A model generated the notes under the pieces. It searched no databases. It was not told where the DNA came from and saw only the letters and a list, made by a program, of their open reading frames with translations. The translations under genes were made by a program, and so were the position numbers. Shown one piece after another: positions 46,940 through 56,733 of a DNA stretch of 64,000 nucleotides. Positions within the stretch are counted from its first letter, which is position 1, and the number at the start of each line of letters is the position of its first letter. The stretch is taken from NCBI GenBank assembly GCA_965203175.1, contig OZ241867.1, positions 3,264,001 to 3,328,000 of the forward strand, written 5' to 3'. Origin of the DNA: Candidatus Latescibacterota bacterium. Lineage in GTDB: Bacteria > Latescibacterota > UBA2968 > UBA8231.

Positions 46940-48880
46940 TCACATGTAGGTTATGACATTGCCGCTCCCGCCCAGCAACGTATCGATGATGGCCCAGAAG
47001 GCGGCGACGGAGACTTCGCCTAAGATCAAGCCCAAGAAAAAGGGCTTTAAAATGCGGTAGAGTTTGGGGCCGCCAAAGTGCAGAATCGTCAATTTGCACA
47101 GATAGGCGAGCATGGCGGCAAACCATATCTCGCTGGTGAGCCAGCCAATGGCCAAAGGAAAACCCAAAGGATGGAACGGCCACCAGTACCAGCGCTTCTG
47201 GGCGACCATCAGAAAAGCCTCAAAGGCGGCACCACCGCCGGTGAATACCCAACCGCGCACATCCACCTCCCGGGGATTGTGCACCAGCGATAACCACAGG
47301 TCCCAGTTGCCGCCAAAGCCGGCATAGGATCCTAGGTTGATGCCGCCATAGGTGTACCCTAGATGCAAATTCATCATCGTCCCGCCGATCATACTGCACA
47401 CCAGAGCCAGTAGCAGGGCCAGCAAAAGGCGCCTCTTCGAGCCGCGGATCGATTCGGCCAGCTTGAGTGCGTTGGCGCAGGCGAGCATGGGGAAGAGGCG
47501 CATTTCCGCCTGCCATACCATAGTGAAGCACAGGGCTACCATGCCTTTGGCACCCAGAATCGAAGTGCCTAGTCCCGAGATGATGAAATAAGGTGCCACT
47601 AGCGGGGGCCGAGCCGTGGGCACGCCACCGGCCGAGACGACCCGGGTGATGAGAATGTAGTAGATCAGGCAAATAAAGAGAAAAACGGGAATGACGACGG
47701 GGGGAAGCCCCGAGCGCCACAGCCAGAAACAGACAAAGAGCAAACTGGCGATCAGGCCAAAAAAAGCCAGGCGGTAGGATATCAGCTCCTCGCTGTCGTC
47801 GACGCCACTAGCCGGCCGCCAAGCCGTGGCTACCACATCCCGCAAGTGGTGCCTGGCCGTCCACAATCCAAAAAGTACAAAGACTATGCTAGCGCCCACG
47901 GCCTGATGAGTCAGATCTGCCAACTGGGAGTACTCGTACTGACTCAACTGCTCGGTGCTGTGAATGCCCAAGGTGCGGAAGAGTCCGTCTTGGAGCTTGC
48001 CTATTAAAAAGAAGAACCAAATGCTAAGGGAAATATTCAGATCGACCAGATAGAAAAACCCGAGCCAGGCGTAACTAAGCGCCAAGCCTTCTCCCCAAGT
48101 GTTGATATCGCGAAACCAGTGAATCCAGGCGATGTAAAAGGGAAATTCGGGCACGACCGGCAGGTAGTGGTTTAACCCCGAAAAACTGAATAGAATGAAA
48201 GGCACGGCAAAGCCAAGCCACATTAGTTTATTTAAAAAAAAGGGTGCCACCTGCCCCGGACTCGTGCCTTCGATCATCTGCAGGGGCAACTGCGTCATAG
48301 GATAACTGAGACGCTCGTGGACCGACCACTGACGATGTAGAATAGTGGCCATGCATATCATCATAAAGCTCAAGCACAAAAAGAACGCAAACCAGTGCGA
48401 CAGGGGTTCGATCCACGCGGCCCAGGGAATGGATTGGCCACTTGGCAATCCCTCGTAGAGTGCAAAAATGGCCTGTTCATCTTGGGGGACCATCCAGTCG
48501 GGGATATAAGGCAGATAAACTTCGGCGAAATTGTTCTCCGGCGAGGCCATGTAGTAGGGGCCAGAAATCATGCCGATCAGATAGTTAAGGAAGTTGTAGG
48601 TCGGCAGGGTTACCGCCATCAGCAGCATGGAGTAAACGAGGATGAGGTCGGCTCGGCCCAAGGCAAACTGACGCTTAATCAGCCCGAGGACGACATTGAC
48701 GAAGAGGGTGAGGACAAAAAAGAAAAAGATGGCCCCGGGCGACGAACTGTTGATACCCATGGAGGAGGCCTGAAGCATAAAGACAACAAAGGGCGCGCAG
48801 AGGCTGACTATCAGTGAGAAGATGGCTCCGACGACGATGCCTTTGAAGGTGAACGGGGATTTAGCGGGTTCGGGTCGCAT
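46940..48880 (-). CDS. DUF6785/DUF6784-like polytopic membrane protein (putative transporter)
   Basis: RQWSVHERLSYP, WWPFHPLGF and PFFLGLILGE; many TM helices; start at MRPEP avoids overlap. Confidence 0.75.
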   Translation of the reverse strand: MRPEPAKSPFTFKGIVVGAIFSLIVSLCAPFVVFMLQASSMGINSSSPGAIFFFFVLTLFVNVVLGLIKRQFALGRADLILVYSMLLMAVTLPTYNFLNYLIGMISGPYYMASPENNFAEVYLPYIPDWMVPQDEQAIFALYEGLPSGQSIPWAAWIEPLSHWFAFFLCLSFMMICMATILHRQWSVHERLSYPMTQLPLQMIEGTSPGQVAPFFLNKLMWLGFAVPFILFSFSGLNHYLPVVPEFPFYIAWIHWFRDINTWGEGLALSYAWLGFFYLVDLNISLSIWFFFLIGKLQDGLFRTLGIHSTEQLSQYEYSQLADLTHQAVGASIVFVLFGLWTARHHLRDVVATAWRPASGVDDSEELISYRLAFFGLIASLLFVCFWLWRSGLPPVVIPVFLFICLIYYILITRVVSAGGVPTARPPLVAPYFIISGLGTSILGAKGMVALCFTMVWQAEMRLFPMLACANALKLAESIRGSKRRLLLALLLALVCSMIGGTMMNLHLGYTYGGINLGSYAGFGGNWDLWLSLVHNPREVDVRGWVFTGGGAAFEAFLMVAQKRWYWWPFHPLGFPLAIGWLTSEIWFAAMLAYLCKLTILHFGGPKLYRILKPFFLGLILGEVSVAAFWAIIDTLLGGSGNVITYM

Positions 48881-48899
48881 GGGTGAGGTTGGGCAATAT

Positions 48900-49730
48900 T
48901 CAGCGCTGGACGTACTTGTAGGCAGCGGCTGCATTCTGCCAAAAGTATTGCTGTGCCGCTAATGTCCCCTTGGACTTGAAATAAGCGCCGACAATGGCCT
49001 GCACGGTGGCGTGGTCGCTCGATATTTCACACACCGGCCAGTTGGAGCCGTATATGAGCCGGTCCTCGCCGAACGCGTCCCACAACACTTCTAGCGTGGG
49101 CAGATAAAATTCGAGGTCGGCCGGGGCTGGCTGCACCTGACTGTACTCTACTAGGCCGGAAACCTTGCAAAAAATCTGCGGCCAGGCCGCGGCTGTGCGC
49201 ACGTATTCGACCCAGTCGGGATCAGGCGCTTGGCCGTCTATCTTTGGCTGGCCGCAGTGGTTGAGTACCCAGCGCAGATCGGGCACTTGGCGCGCCACCA
49301 ACCATAGCGATTCGGCCTGCTGGGGGGACACGCTGATATCCACTTGTAGGTCGTGGTCGGCCATTGTCTTGGCGCGCTCCATGGCACTGCCGTCGTCTGC
49401 GACAAATTCAGGGCCAGCGCGAATACCTCTATACAGCGGGTCGGCGGCAAAACGCTTGATGTGGGTACCGAAGCTGGGTCCGGAATCGACGTGTCCGACG
49501 ACTCCAACGATCCAAGAGTCGTTGGCAGCTAGGTCGAGAAGCCACTGATTATCTTCGAGCCAGACACTAGCCGCCGTCACTACGGTGCCGCTGACGCCGG
49601 TGGGTTCGGCCACTGCTCTGTGGTGCTCTGGCAGTACGGTCCGGTAAATGGGTCCGTCCTCTTTATTGGGCCAAGGCACTCCCTGCGGGCGATGGGGATC
49701 GTAGAAATGGGTGTGAGCGTCGATGATCAC
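48900..49730 (-). CDS. Amidohydrolase_2 family (L-fuconolactonase-like)
   Basis: IIDAHTHF, CKVSGL and FGEDRLIYGSNWP. Confidence 0.85.
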   Translation of the reverse strand: MIIDAHTHFYDPHRPQGVPWPNKEDGPIYRTVLPEHHRAVAEPTGVSGTVVTAASVWLEDNQWLLDLAANDSWIVGVVGHVDSGPSFGTHIKRFAADPLYRGIRAGPEFVADDGSAMERAKTMADHDLQVDISVSPQQAESLWLVARQVPDLRWVLNHCGQPKIDGQAPDPDWVEYVRTAAAWPQIFCKVSGLVEYSQVQPAPADLEFYLPTLEVLWDAFGEDRLIYGSNWPVCEISSDHATVQAIVGAYFKSKGTLAAQQYFWQNAAAAYKYVQR

Positions 49731-49810
49731 TAATAGTCTCCCAACGCCAGCTGATTGTCGATTCGATAGAACAGAGCTATTTTTCGATTTGCCAAGGAGG
49801 AGCTGAACTC

Positions 49811-50275
49811 ATGAAAGATGGAAAACTGCACGGAAAGAAGATCGAGTATTACGAAAGCGGGAAAATACGCAAAGAAGGCACATACGACAACGGCCATGAG
49901 GACGGACCATGGGTCGTCTGTTACGCCGATGGCGGGATAGAATACAAAGGGGAATACAAGAACGGGAAAAAACACGGTAAATGGGTCGGATATTTCGCTA
50001 GCGGTGAGCTGCGCTACGAGGGCCGCTTTGAGGATGATAAAAGCGAGGGAAGATGGGTTGAGTATTACAGAGATGGAAAAGTAAAGGAAGAGATAAACTA
50101 TAAAAATGGGCTGTTTGACGGGAAGTGGACTTATGTGGACGAGAACGGACAACTAAGAGGGGAAGGCACTTTTGCCATGGGAAGCGGGAAGTGGATCGAA
50201 TTTGACCCAACCGGGAAAAAGATCCAGGAGAGACTCTATAGAAACGGAGCGTATATCAAGGCCGTATCTGCATAG
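49811..50275 (+). CDS. MORN-variant repeat protein (YwqK-like)
   Basis: Repeats of YY.xG..x.EG.Y.NG..xG.W with ~24-aa period; RBS AAGGAGG; AT-richer than neighbours. Confidence 0.85.
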   Translation: MKDGKLHGKKIEYYESGKIRKEGTYDNGHEDGPWVVCYADGGIEYKGEYKNGKKHGKWVGYFASGELRYEGRFEDDKSEGRWVEYYRDGKVKEEINYKNGLFDGKWTYVDENGQLRGEGTFAMGSGKWIEFDPTGKKIQERLYRNGAYIKAVSA

Positions 50276-50297
50276 GTGAGCCCCACAGAAAAACCGT

Positions 50298-51143
50298 ATG
50301 AGGAAATTCATCATGTCACAGCCTCCCATTTTCGCTCCCGACAACAAGGAAGACATACTCGCTTTTTTTCAGCAGTATAAGTACGTCGTAGTCGCCGACG
50401 CCCTACCTGTTGGCGACATCTGGACCCTCAACGCCTTTGTCGATCGCTCTAAAGGGGAAATCCCCCGCGAATGGGGCCCCGACCGCTTGGGCGTTTTTTC
50501 GCATGGGCAGATCTTGGTTCACCATCCCGAGTTAGACCGCTTTATTCAGCCAGCGGTCTCCTATGATATAGTGCGGAGCATCATGGCGCCCCAACCTCGC
50601 TTTGCCCAATTCGATTTCCGCGACGTGCCCGCTGGCAAAGGAGATGGAGAGATGCGCTTCCATCGCGACCGGCCCTACCAACCCACCACCGAGACCGAGC
50701 CTGAGCGTCCCTATGAATGCACCTATGTCTGCGCCATCCACTACTTGAGCGACGTGGAGGCCAGCGATCCCTGTTTTTGCGTCGTGCCCAACAGTGGTCC
50801 TTACGAGACTTTGGAGGAGGCCCGCGCTCAATTGGGGTCGGATTATGAAGAAGTGCCTATCCGGGGTCCGGCCGGCACCTTGGTCCTGTACGACATTGCC
50901 ATTTTTCACACCCGCCTGCCCGGACAACGCGCCCGCGCCCGACGCACCTTGCACCACTACTACAGCCGCGCCGCCAGCCAGCCCCTGACCAATTGGGTGC
51001 TCCTCCCCCAGCGCTTGGCCGAACATCCCGACCCCGAGCAACGCACCTTTTACAGTCAGTGGTCCGCGGCTACCCAAGCCTACGCCGAGGCTGGTTTTTC
51101 CTCGGAGTACTACGAGGAACACGTGCTGGAGAAACTCACCTAG
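50298..51143 (+). CDS. PhyH-like Fe/2OG dioxygenase
   Basis: FHRD, VVPNS, GPAGTLVLYD and FHTR. Confidence 0.8.
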   Translation: MRKFIMSQPPIFAPDNKEDILAFFQQYKYVVVADALPVGDIWTLNAFVDRSKGEIPREWGPDRLGVFSHGQILVHHPELDRFIQPAVSYDIVRSIMAPQPRFAQFDFRDVPAGKGDGEMRFHRDRPYQPTTETEPERPYECTYVCAIHYLSDVEASDPCFCVVPNSGPYETLEEARAQLGSDYEEVPIRGPAGTLVLYDIAIFHTRLPGQRARARRTLHHYYSRAASQPLTNWVLLPQRLAEHPDPEQRTFYSQWSAATQAYAEAGFSSEYYEEHVLEKLT

Positions 51144-51194
51144 ATAGACGCAAAATCCCATCGCTAAAGCACGCCTTCACGCAACTGTGGAGAA

Positions 51195-52151
51195 TTGATT
51201 GTGGACCCACTAGCTTTCGACGAATCGCAGCACCGCGCCGCACTCGACCACTTGCAGGATCACGGCTATGCGATCCTGCCCGGAGTGCTGGACGGGGAGT
51301 GCCTCGCAACGCTGCGGAATCAAGTCGATGCTGCTTTGGCCGCCGAACGCGCTGCGCCCTTCGATCCTGGGGATGGAATCCCAATGCCGGACGACGAAGC
51401 CATCGAAGCTTTTCTGGCGGCCAACTACGCGGTCAGCTCCGAGGAACAGGCCCGCCTCATGCGGCGCATTCGCCATACGCGGGCTGTCCAACTCGACACT
51501 CCTTGGCCGGTTGAGCCGGACCAAGTGCAAAAGCTCTTCCTGCACTTGCCGACCTTGTTCGACGGCGAGCGCTCGCAGCGGCTGTGGAATCTGCTGGACA
51601 AGTGCGAGGCAGCACCGGCCTTAGTTGAACATCTCGCGATCCTAAGTCTGACGCGGGCGGTCTTGGGAGCCGACTGCGTGTTGTCCGATTGCAGCGCCAC
51701 CAGCATCGGCCCTGGCACTGACGACGGCGGAGCTTGGCACGTCGATGTGCCGCTGGGCCAGCTCCCCGAGCCGTTGCCCGACTTTCCCCTGACGACTCAA
51801 AACGCGTGGATGCTCGACGATTTCACGCCCGACAACGGGGCCACTCGCGTGGTGCCGGGCAGTCACCGCTGGCGGCGCAAACCGCCTTGGGGAGGTGGTC
51901 CCTTGGCAGACGAGGTCGCTCTCACTGGACCGGCCGGTTCGGTGGCACTGTGGTTGTCCAACACGTGGCATCGCTCCGGTCCCAATCGGACTCAAGCCCC
52001 GCGCCGCGCCGTGTTGTGCTACTACTGCCGCTCGTGGGTCAAGCCCTTCAACGACTTCCACAACAGCATTGCGCCACACAAGGCGCGCGCTCTGTCGCCT
52101 ACCGTGCGCTACCTGATTGGTTACGGTGCCCACGGACTCGTGCGCGGCTGA
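51195..52151 (+). CDS. PhyH-like Fe/2OG dioxygenase
   Basis: WHVD, DDFTPDNGATRVVPGSH and TWHRSG. Confidence 0.88.
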   Translation: MIVDPLAFDESQHRAALDHLQDHGYAILPGVLDGECLATLRNQVDAALAAERAAPFDPGDGIPMPDDEAIEAFLAANYAVSSEEQARLMRRIRHTRAVQLDTPWPVEPDQVQKLFLHLPTLFDGERSQRLWNLLDKCEAAPALVEHLAILSLTRAVLGADCVLSDCSATSIGPGTDDGGAWHVDVPLGQLPEPLPDFPLTTQNAWMLDDFTPDNGATRVVPGSHRWRRKPPWGGGPLADEVALTGPAGSVALWLSNTWHRSGPNRTQAPRRAVLCYYCRSWVKPFNDFHNSIAPHKARALSPTVRYLIGYGAHGLVRG

Positions 52152-52175
52152 AGCCCTTTTCCACAGGAGCGAACT

Positions 52176-53201
52176 GTGCAAATACAAGATCTATTCATCT
52201 CCGGCCAAGAAGGCTACCACACCTATCGCATCCCCGCTTTAGCCGTAGCGCCGGACGACGCAGTGCTGGCCTTTTGCGAAGCGCGCCGCCACACTGGCCG
52301 CGACGACGATCAAATCGACATTTTCCTGCGCCGCAGCATTGACGGCGGGCGCACTTGGGAACCTCGCCAATGGATCGTCGCCGACGGCGAGCGCACCTGC
52401 GGCAATCCCTGCCCTGTAGTTGATCGCGACCGCAGCACCGTGTTGCTGCCCTTTTGCAAAGACAACCAGGAGGTCTTTGTCAGCCGCAGCACCGACAGTG
52501 GACGCACCTGGACCGACCCCGTGGAAATTACCGCCCAAGTGAAGGCTTCTTCGTGGACCTATCTCGGTACCGGACCTGGACACGGCATTCAACTGCAAAG
52601 CGGTCGCTTGCTCGTGCCTTCTTGGGTCGATGAAAGTCCCGGCCCGGCCACGTGGCGTCAGCCTCCACCCACTTGGGGTCAAGTGCAATCCTCCATCGCT
52701 TTTTACAGCGACGACGGTGGCCACACTTGGCAGGTTGGAGCCAAGTTGACTCACGATGCGTCAGACGAATGCGAGGCGGTGGAAATGGTCGATGGCTCTC
52801 TGTACATGACGCTGCGCAGTCGCAACGAACGCCGCTGCCGGGGCTGGTCGCGCAGCGGCGATGGCGGCGCAACTTGGTCTGCGGTTGCCTACGAGCCGGC
52901 CTTGCCCGAACCTTCTTGCCAGGGCAGCATTGTGCGTCTCGACGACGGGCGCATTCTCACGGCGCATCCCAGCAAGCCCGACGAGCGCGCCGAGTTGACC
53001 TTGCGGTTGAGTGAGGACCAAGGGCACAGTTGGCCTGTAGCGCGAGTGCTCGAGCCGGGTGCGGCGGCGTACTCCGATTTGGCGGTGGCTCCCGACGGGC
53101 AGGTTTTGTGTCTATACGAGGCCGAGCGCTCCGGCTGTTTGCGCTTAGCTCGCTTTGCGCCGACGTGGTTGAGGGGAGGTCTTAATGAAATCGGAAATTG
53201 A
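52176..53201 (+). CDS. Sialidase family (GH33) protein
   Basis: YRIP motif; five Asp-boxes (SxDGGxTW type); YSDL and LYE; no signal peptide. Confidence 0.88.
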   Translation: MQIQDLFISGQEGYHTYRIPALAVAPDDAVLAFCEARRHTGRDDDQIDIFLRRSIDGGRTWEPRQWIVADGERTCGNPCPVVDRDRSTVLLPFCKDNQEVFVSRSTDSGRTWTDPVEITAQVKASSWTYLGTGPGHGIQLQSGRLLVPSWVDESPGPATWRQPPPTWGQVQSSIAFYSDDGGHTWQVGAKLTHDASDECEAVEMVDGSLYMTLRSRNERRCRGWSRSGDGGATWSAVAYEPALPEPSCQGSIVRLDDGRILTAHPSKPDERAELTLRLSEDQGHSWPVARVLEPGAAAYSDLAVAPDGQVLCLYEAERSGCLRLARFAPTWLRGGLNEIGN

Positions 53202-53252
53202 GTTACAAAAGCGCGTTCCAATGTACACCAAAAACAGCGCAGTGTCATAGAA

Positions 53253-54539
53253 ATGAAACACGTCATCATTGTAGGAGGAGGTTTTGCCGGTTTGAATGCG
53301 GCCAAGAAGCTCGGCGGCGCTCCTGATGTCCGCGTTACACTTGTCGATCGACAGAACTATCATTTGTTCCAACCTCTGCTCTATCAGGTGGCAATGGCTG
53401 GTTTGTCGCCGGCCGATATTGCCGCACCCATCCGCAGTCTACTCGCGCGCTACGAGAACGTCTCCGTGCTGCAGGGCAAGATCGAGAGTGTCGATTTGCA
53501 GGCCCAGACCGTCTCGGCGGATTTTGGTCAGCTCGAATTCGACTATTTGCTGCTTTGCTGTGGGGCGATTCCGACTTACTTCGGTCATGCGAACTGGGAA
53601 GAGTACGCCCCTAGCCTGAAAACTGTGCCGCAAGCAACCGAGATTCGCCGTCGCCTACTCAGTTCTTTCGAAGCGGCGGAACGGGTTGGCGATTCCGCAA
53701 GACGCCGACAGTTGTTGACGTTTGTCGTCATCGGTGGCGGGCCTACCGGAGTTGAGTTGGCGGGCGCTATCGGCGAAATGAGTCGTTTCACGCTCGCCAG
53801 GGACTTTCGCAAGATCGACACCAAACTCACGCGGGTCATTCTCATTGAATCCGGCCCGCGAATCCTCCCATCGTTCAGCGAGAAACAGGCGAGCCGCGCA
53901 ACGCGAGATTTGGAAAAGCTCGGTGTGCAAGTCTGGCCGAACAGTCTTGTGACCAGAATTGACGAGGACGGCGTTGAAGTGGGTGCGAAGCGAATCTACT
54001 CTTCAACCATACTCTGGGCAGCCGGAGTACGCGGAGTTGAATTCGCCCGGCGCGATGATTTGGAGGTAGATGAGCAGGGACGCGCAGTCGTCGACAAAGA
54101 TCTGAGCATTGACGGATACCCAAACGCGTTTGTCGCCGGCGACCAGGCAAGCTTCACCCACCAGACCGGCAAGCCGCTTCCGGGCACAGCACCAGTGGCA
54201 ATGCAACAGGGTCGTTTTGTGGCTAGGACGATCCTCCGCGACCTTGCAGGCAAACCGCGCGAAGCCTTTCGCTTTGTCGACAGGGGCCAGATGGCGACAA
54301 TCGGTCGCAGCCGCGCCATTGTCGAAATCGGCAAGCTGCGATTCTCCGGTTGGTTTGCGTGGCTCACCTGGTTGGTGGTGCACATCTACTTTCTCGTCGG
54401 CTTCAAGAACCGGCTATTCGTCGTGCTGAATTGGGCTTGGTCCTATGTGACGTTTCGACGCGGTGCCCGATTGATCGTCGAGCGCGAGTGGAGATTCAGT
54501 AAGATCGACGCCAACGACCAGACGCCATCAAAAAAATAA
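53253..54539 (+). CDS. ndh: Type II NADH:quinone oxidoreductase
   Basis: GGGFAG, FQPLLYQVA, GGGPTGVELAG, WAAGV and GQMATIGR. Confidence 0.92.
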   Translation: MKHVIIVGGGFAGLNAAKKLGGAPDVRVTLVDRQNYHLFQPLLYQVAMAGLSPADIAAPIRSLLARYENVSVLQGKIESVDLQAQTVSADFGQLEFDYLLLCCGAIPTYFGHANWEEYAPSLKTVPQATEIRRRLLSSFEAAERVGDSARRRQLLTFVVIGGGPTGVELAGAIGEMSRFTLARDFRKIDTKLTRVILIESGPRILPSFSEKQASRATRDLEKLGVQVWPNSLVTRIDEDGVEVGAKRIYSSTILWAAGVRGVEFARRDDLEVDEQGRAVVDKDLSIDGYPNAFVAGDQASFTHQTGKPLPGTAPVAMQQGRFVARTILRDLAGKPREAFRFVDRGQMATIGRSRAIVEIGKLRFSGWFAWLTWLVVHIYFLVGFKNRLFVVLNWAWSYVTFRRGARLIVEREWRFSKIDANDQTPSKK

Positions 54540-54583
54540 AAAGGCGCTATTTTCAGGAGGCCGTGGCCTTGGCTTGGGAACGG

Positions 54584-56578
54584 TCAGTACATCACTGGAA
54601 TTTCATTGCCCACTGTGCCGGTAAACGCGTCAATGACCAGCCACAGACCTCCGGTGGCGAATTGACCGGCGATCAGGCCGAGGAAAAAGGGGCGGATTTT
54701 GTGGTATAGACCAACGCCGCCGTAGCGCAGGATGACGAGTTTGATCAGCCAAGCCAAAAAGACGGAGAACCAGATGTAGCGCATGGTCCACCCGGCGCTG
54801 ACGGCAAAGCCCAGCGGGTGGAAGGGCCACCACATCAGGCGCTGGCGGGCGATCATGAGGAGGGCCATAACTAGGCCGCCGCTCAAGGTCCAGAGCCAGC
54901 CGTCGACGCTGACTCCGGAGGGCTCATTCAATTTGCGCAGGGCGAATTTAGAGGGATAGCCCGGGAAGCTCTGGCCGAAGAACTGGTTGTGGAGATTGAC
55001 CCCGCCATAGTCATAGGCCAGGTGGAGGGTGTAGTAGATGGAGACGGCTAGAGTGATGAACATGGCCCCGGCAATGCCCCACAAGAGCCGGCGCCGGTTG
55101 CCCGTGGTCTCGCTGGTCAGGCGCAGGCTGTTGGACAGGGGCGCCATCATAAAGACCAGCAATTCGCCGACCCAGATGAGGGAGTAGGCCGCGGCCACCA
55201 TGCCCTTGGCCCCCAAGGCCGGGACGCCTACCCCGGAAACCACGAAACCGAGGGGCACCATGGCCGGGCTCAATGTGGGGATGCCGGCCTCGACAATGGC
55301 GCGCGTCAGGCCGATGAAGATGACGAGGGCCGAAAAGACGAACAGCGGCGCGACCCAGGCGGGAATGCCGCTTTGCCACAGCCAGAGGGTCATGCCCGCG
55401 GTGCCGATGAGAAGCCCCAACAGGGCGCTGCGGTAGGACATGATCTCATCGGCATCGTCGCCCGAGGCCTTCTTGGACACGGCTTGGCGCCACACCTCGG
55501 CTAGGTGATGCCGTCCCACCCACAGGCCCGCCCCTACCATTACAATCAGAGCTCCCATCATCTGGTGGCCGGTCACTGGAGTGCTCCAAGGGCCGAGGGT
55601 GGCCTGTAGAGTGTCGATGCCCAACAGGCCGAGGACGTGTTGTTGCAGCGTATAGACCAGAAGGAAGAACCACAGGCTGAGCGAGAGGGTGGAATTGATG
55701 AGGAAGGAGAAGCCCAGCATGAGGAAATTGAGGTTGACCGGCAGATTGGCGCCGAAGAAGGACACGCTGGTCTTCAGACTGATCTGGGCCACGGAGGGGA
55801 AATAGTGGTGCAGGGCATTGAGGCTGCCGACTAGGAAAGGGATGGCAAAGCCGATCCACATGAGCCTGTTTTTAAAAAAGGGCTTGAGCAGGGAGGATCG
55901 GCCCTCGTCCTCGATCATGGCTAGGGCCACCTGGGCCAAGGGATAGGCTAGGCGCTCGTGTTCGACCCACTGGCGGCGCAGGATCACGGCAATGGAGATG
56001 AGGGTGAGGTACAAGGCGGCGTAGAACAGCAGCCAGTAGCCGAGGGGGGGCAACCAGTTGGCCCAGGGGATGGCTGTGGTGCCGATACTGCCTTCGTAGA
56101 AACCGCGCACGGCCTCGGGGTCGCCCATCAGCATCCATTCGGTGAGATGGGGATGGACGACTTCGGCCCATTTGTTCTCGGCCGAGGCATAGTAGTAGGT
56201 CCCGGTAATCATGGGCAGGAGCATGCCGGTTACGCCCCGGGAGGGGATGGCCGCGGCGACCATCATCATAATGGCGATGGTGACCAGTTCGCCCCATTGC
56301 AGACCCCATTGCCGCTTGGGCAGGGCCAGCACCACGTGGACGGTGATCAGAAGAAAAAAAAGCAGACAGTACGCCGCTGGGGTCGACGAGGAAAAGCCCA
56401 TGGGCGTGCCCTTGACCAGCATGGTGGTATGGGGCACGCCGAGGGCAATGGCAACGCACAGCAGGGCACCGAGAAACAGGCCGCGGAAAGTGATGTGGGC
56501 GTTGGGGCGTTCCCGGGCTCGGGGCGCGGCGCGTTCGGCGAGACGGGCCCGCAGACTGGCGGGGATTTTTCTTTTCAA
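54584..56578 (-). CDS. DUF6785/DUF6784-like polytopic membrane protein (putative transporter), paralog
   Basis: RRQWVEHERLAYPL, WWPFHPLGF and PFFLGLIAGQ. Confidence 0.75.
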   Translation of the reverse strand: MKRKIPASLRARLAERAAPRARERPNAHITFRGLFLGALLCVAIALGVPHTTMLVKGTPMGFSSSTPAAYCLLFFLLITVHVVLALPKRQWGLQWGELVTIAIMMMVAAAIPSRGVTGMLLPMITGTYYYASAENKWAEVVHPHLTEWMLMGDPEAVRGFYEGSIGTTAIPWANWLPPLGYWLLFYAALYLTLISIAVILRRQWVEHERLAYPLAQVALAMIEDEGRSSLLKPFFKNRLMWIGFAIPFLVGSLNALHHYFPSVAQISLKTSVSFFGANLPVNLNFLMLGFSFLINSTLSLSLWFFLLVYTLQQHVLGLLGIDTLQATLGPWSTPVTGHQMMGALIVMVGAGLWVGRHHLAEVWRQAVSKKASGDDADEIMSYRSALLGLLIGTAGMTLWLWQSGIPAWVAPLFVFSALVIFIGLTRAIVEAGIPTLSPAMVPLGFVVSGVGVPALGAKGMVAAAYSLIWVGELLVFMMAPLSNSLRLTSETTGNRRRLLWGIAGAMFITLAVSIYYTLHLAYDYGGVNLHNQFFGQSFPGYPSKFALRKLNEPSGVSVDGWLWTLSGGLVMALLMIARQRLMWWPFHPLGFAVSAGWTMRYIWFSVFLAWLIKLVILRYGGVGLYHKIRPFFLGLIAGQFATGGLWLVIDAFTGTVGNEIPVMY

Positions 56579-56733
56579 GCCGGATGCCTAATTGCAGTCG
56601 CTCGATGGGCTGAGTGCGGGGATTTTGTGGAGGCCAAGCCCTGGCCTATCTTTGTCCCAACCTATGTTTTCCAGCCGAAGTTTGTCAATGTCTTGTTGGG
56701 TCCGATGGACCACTTAGAAAAGGGAGGGCGGAA

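Noticed and set aside
49811-50275. Complete toxin-antitoxin system
   Set aside because: No toxin ORF is adjacent.
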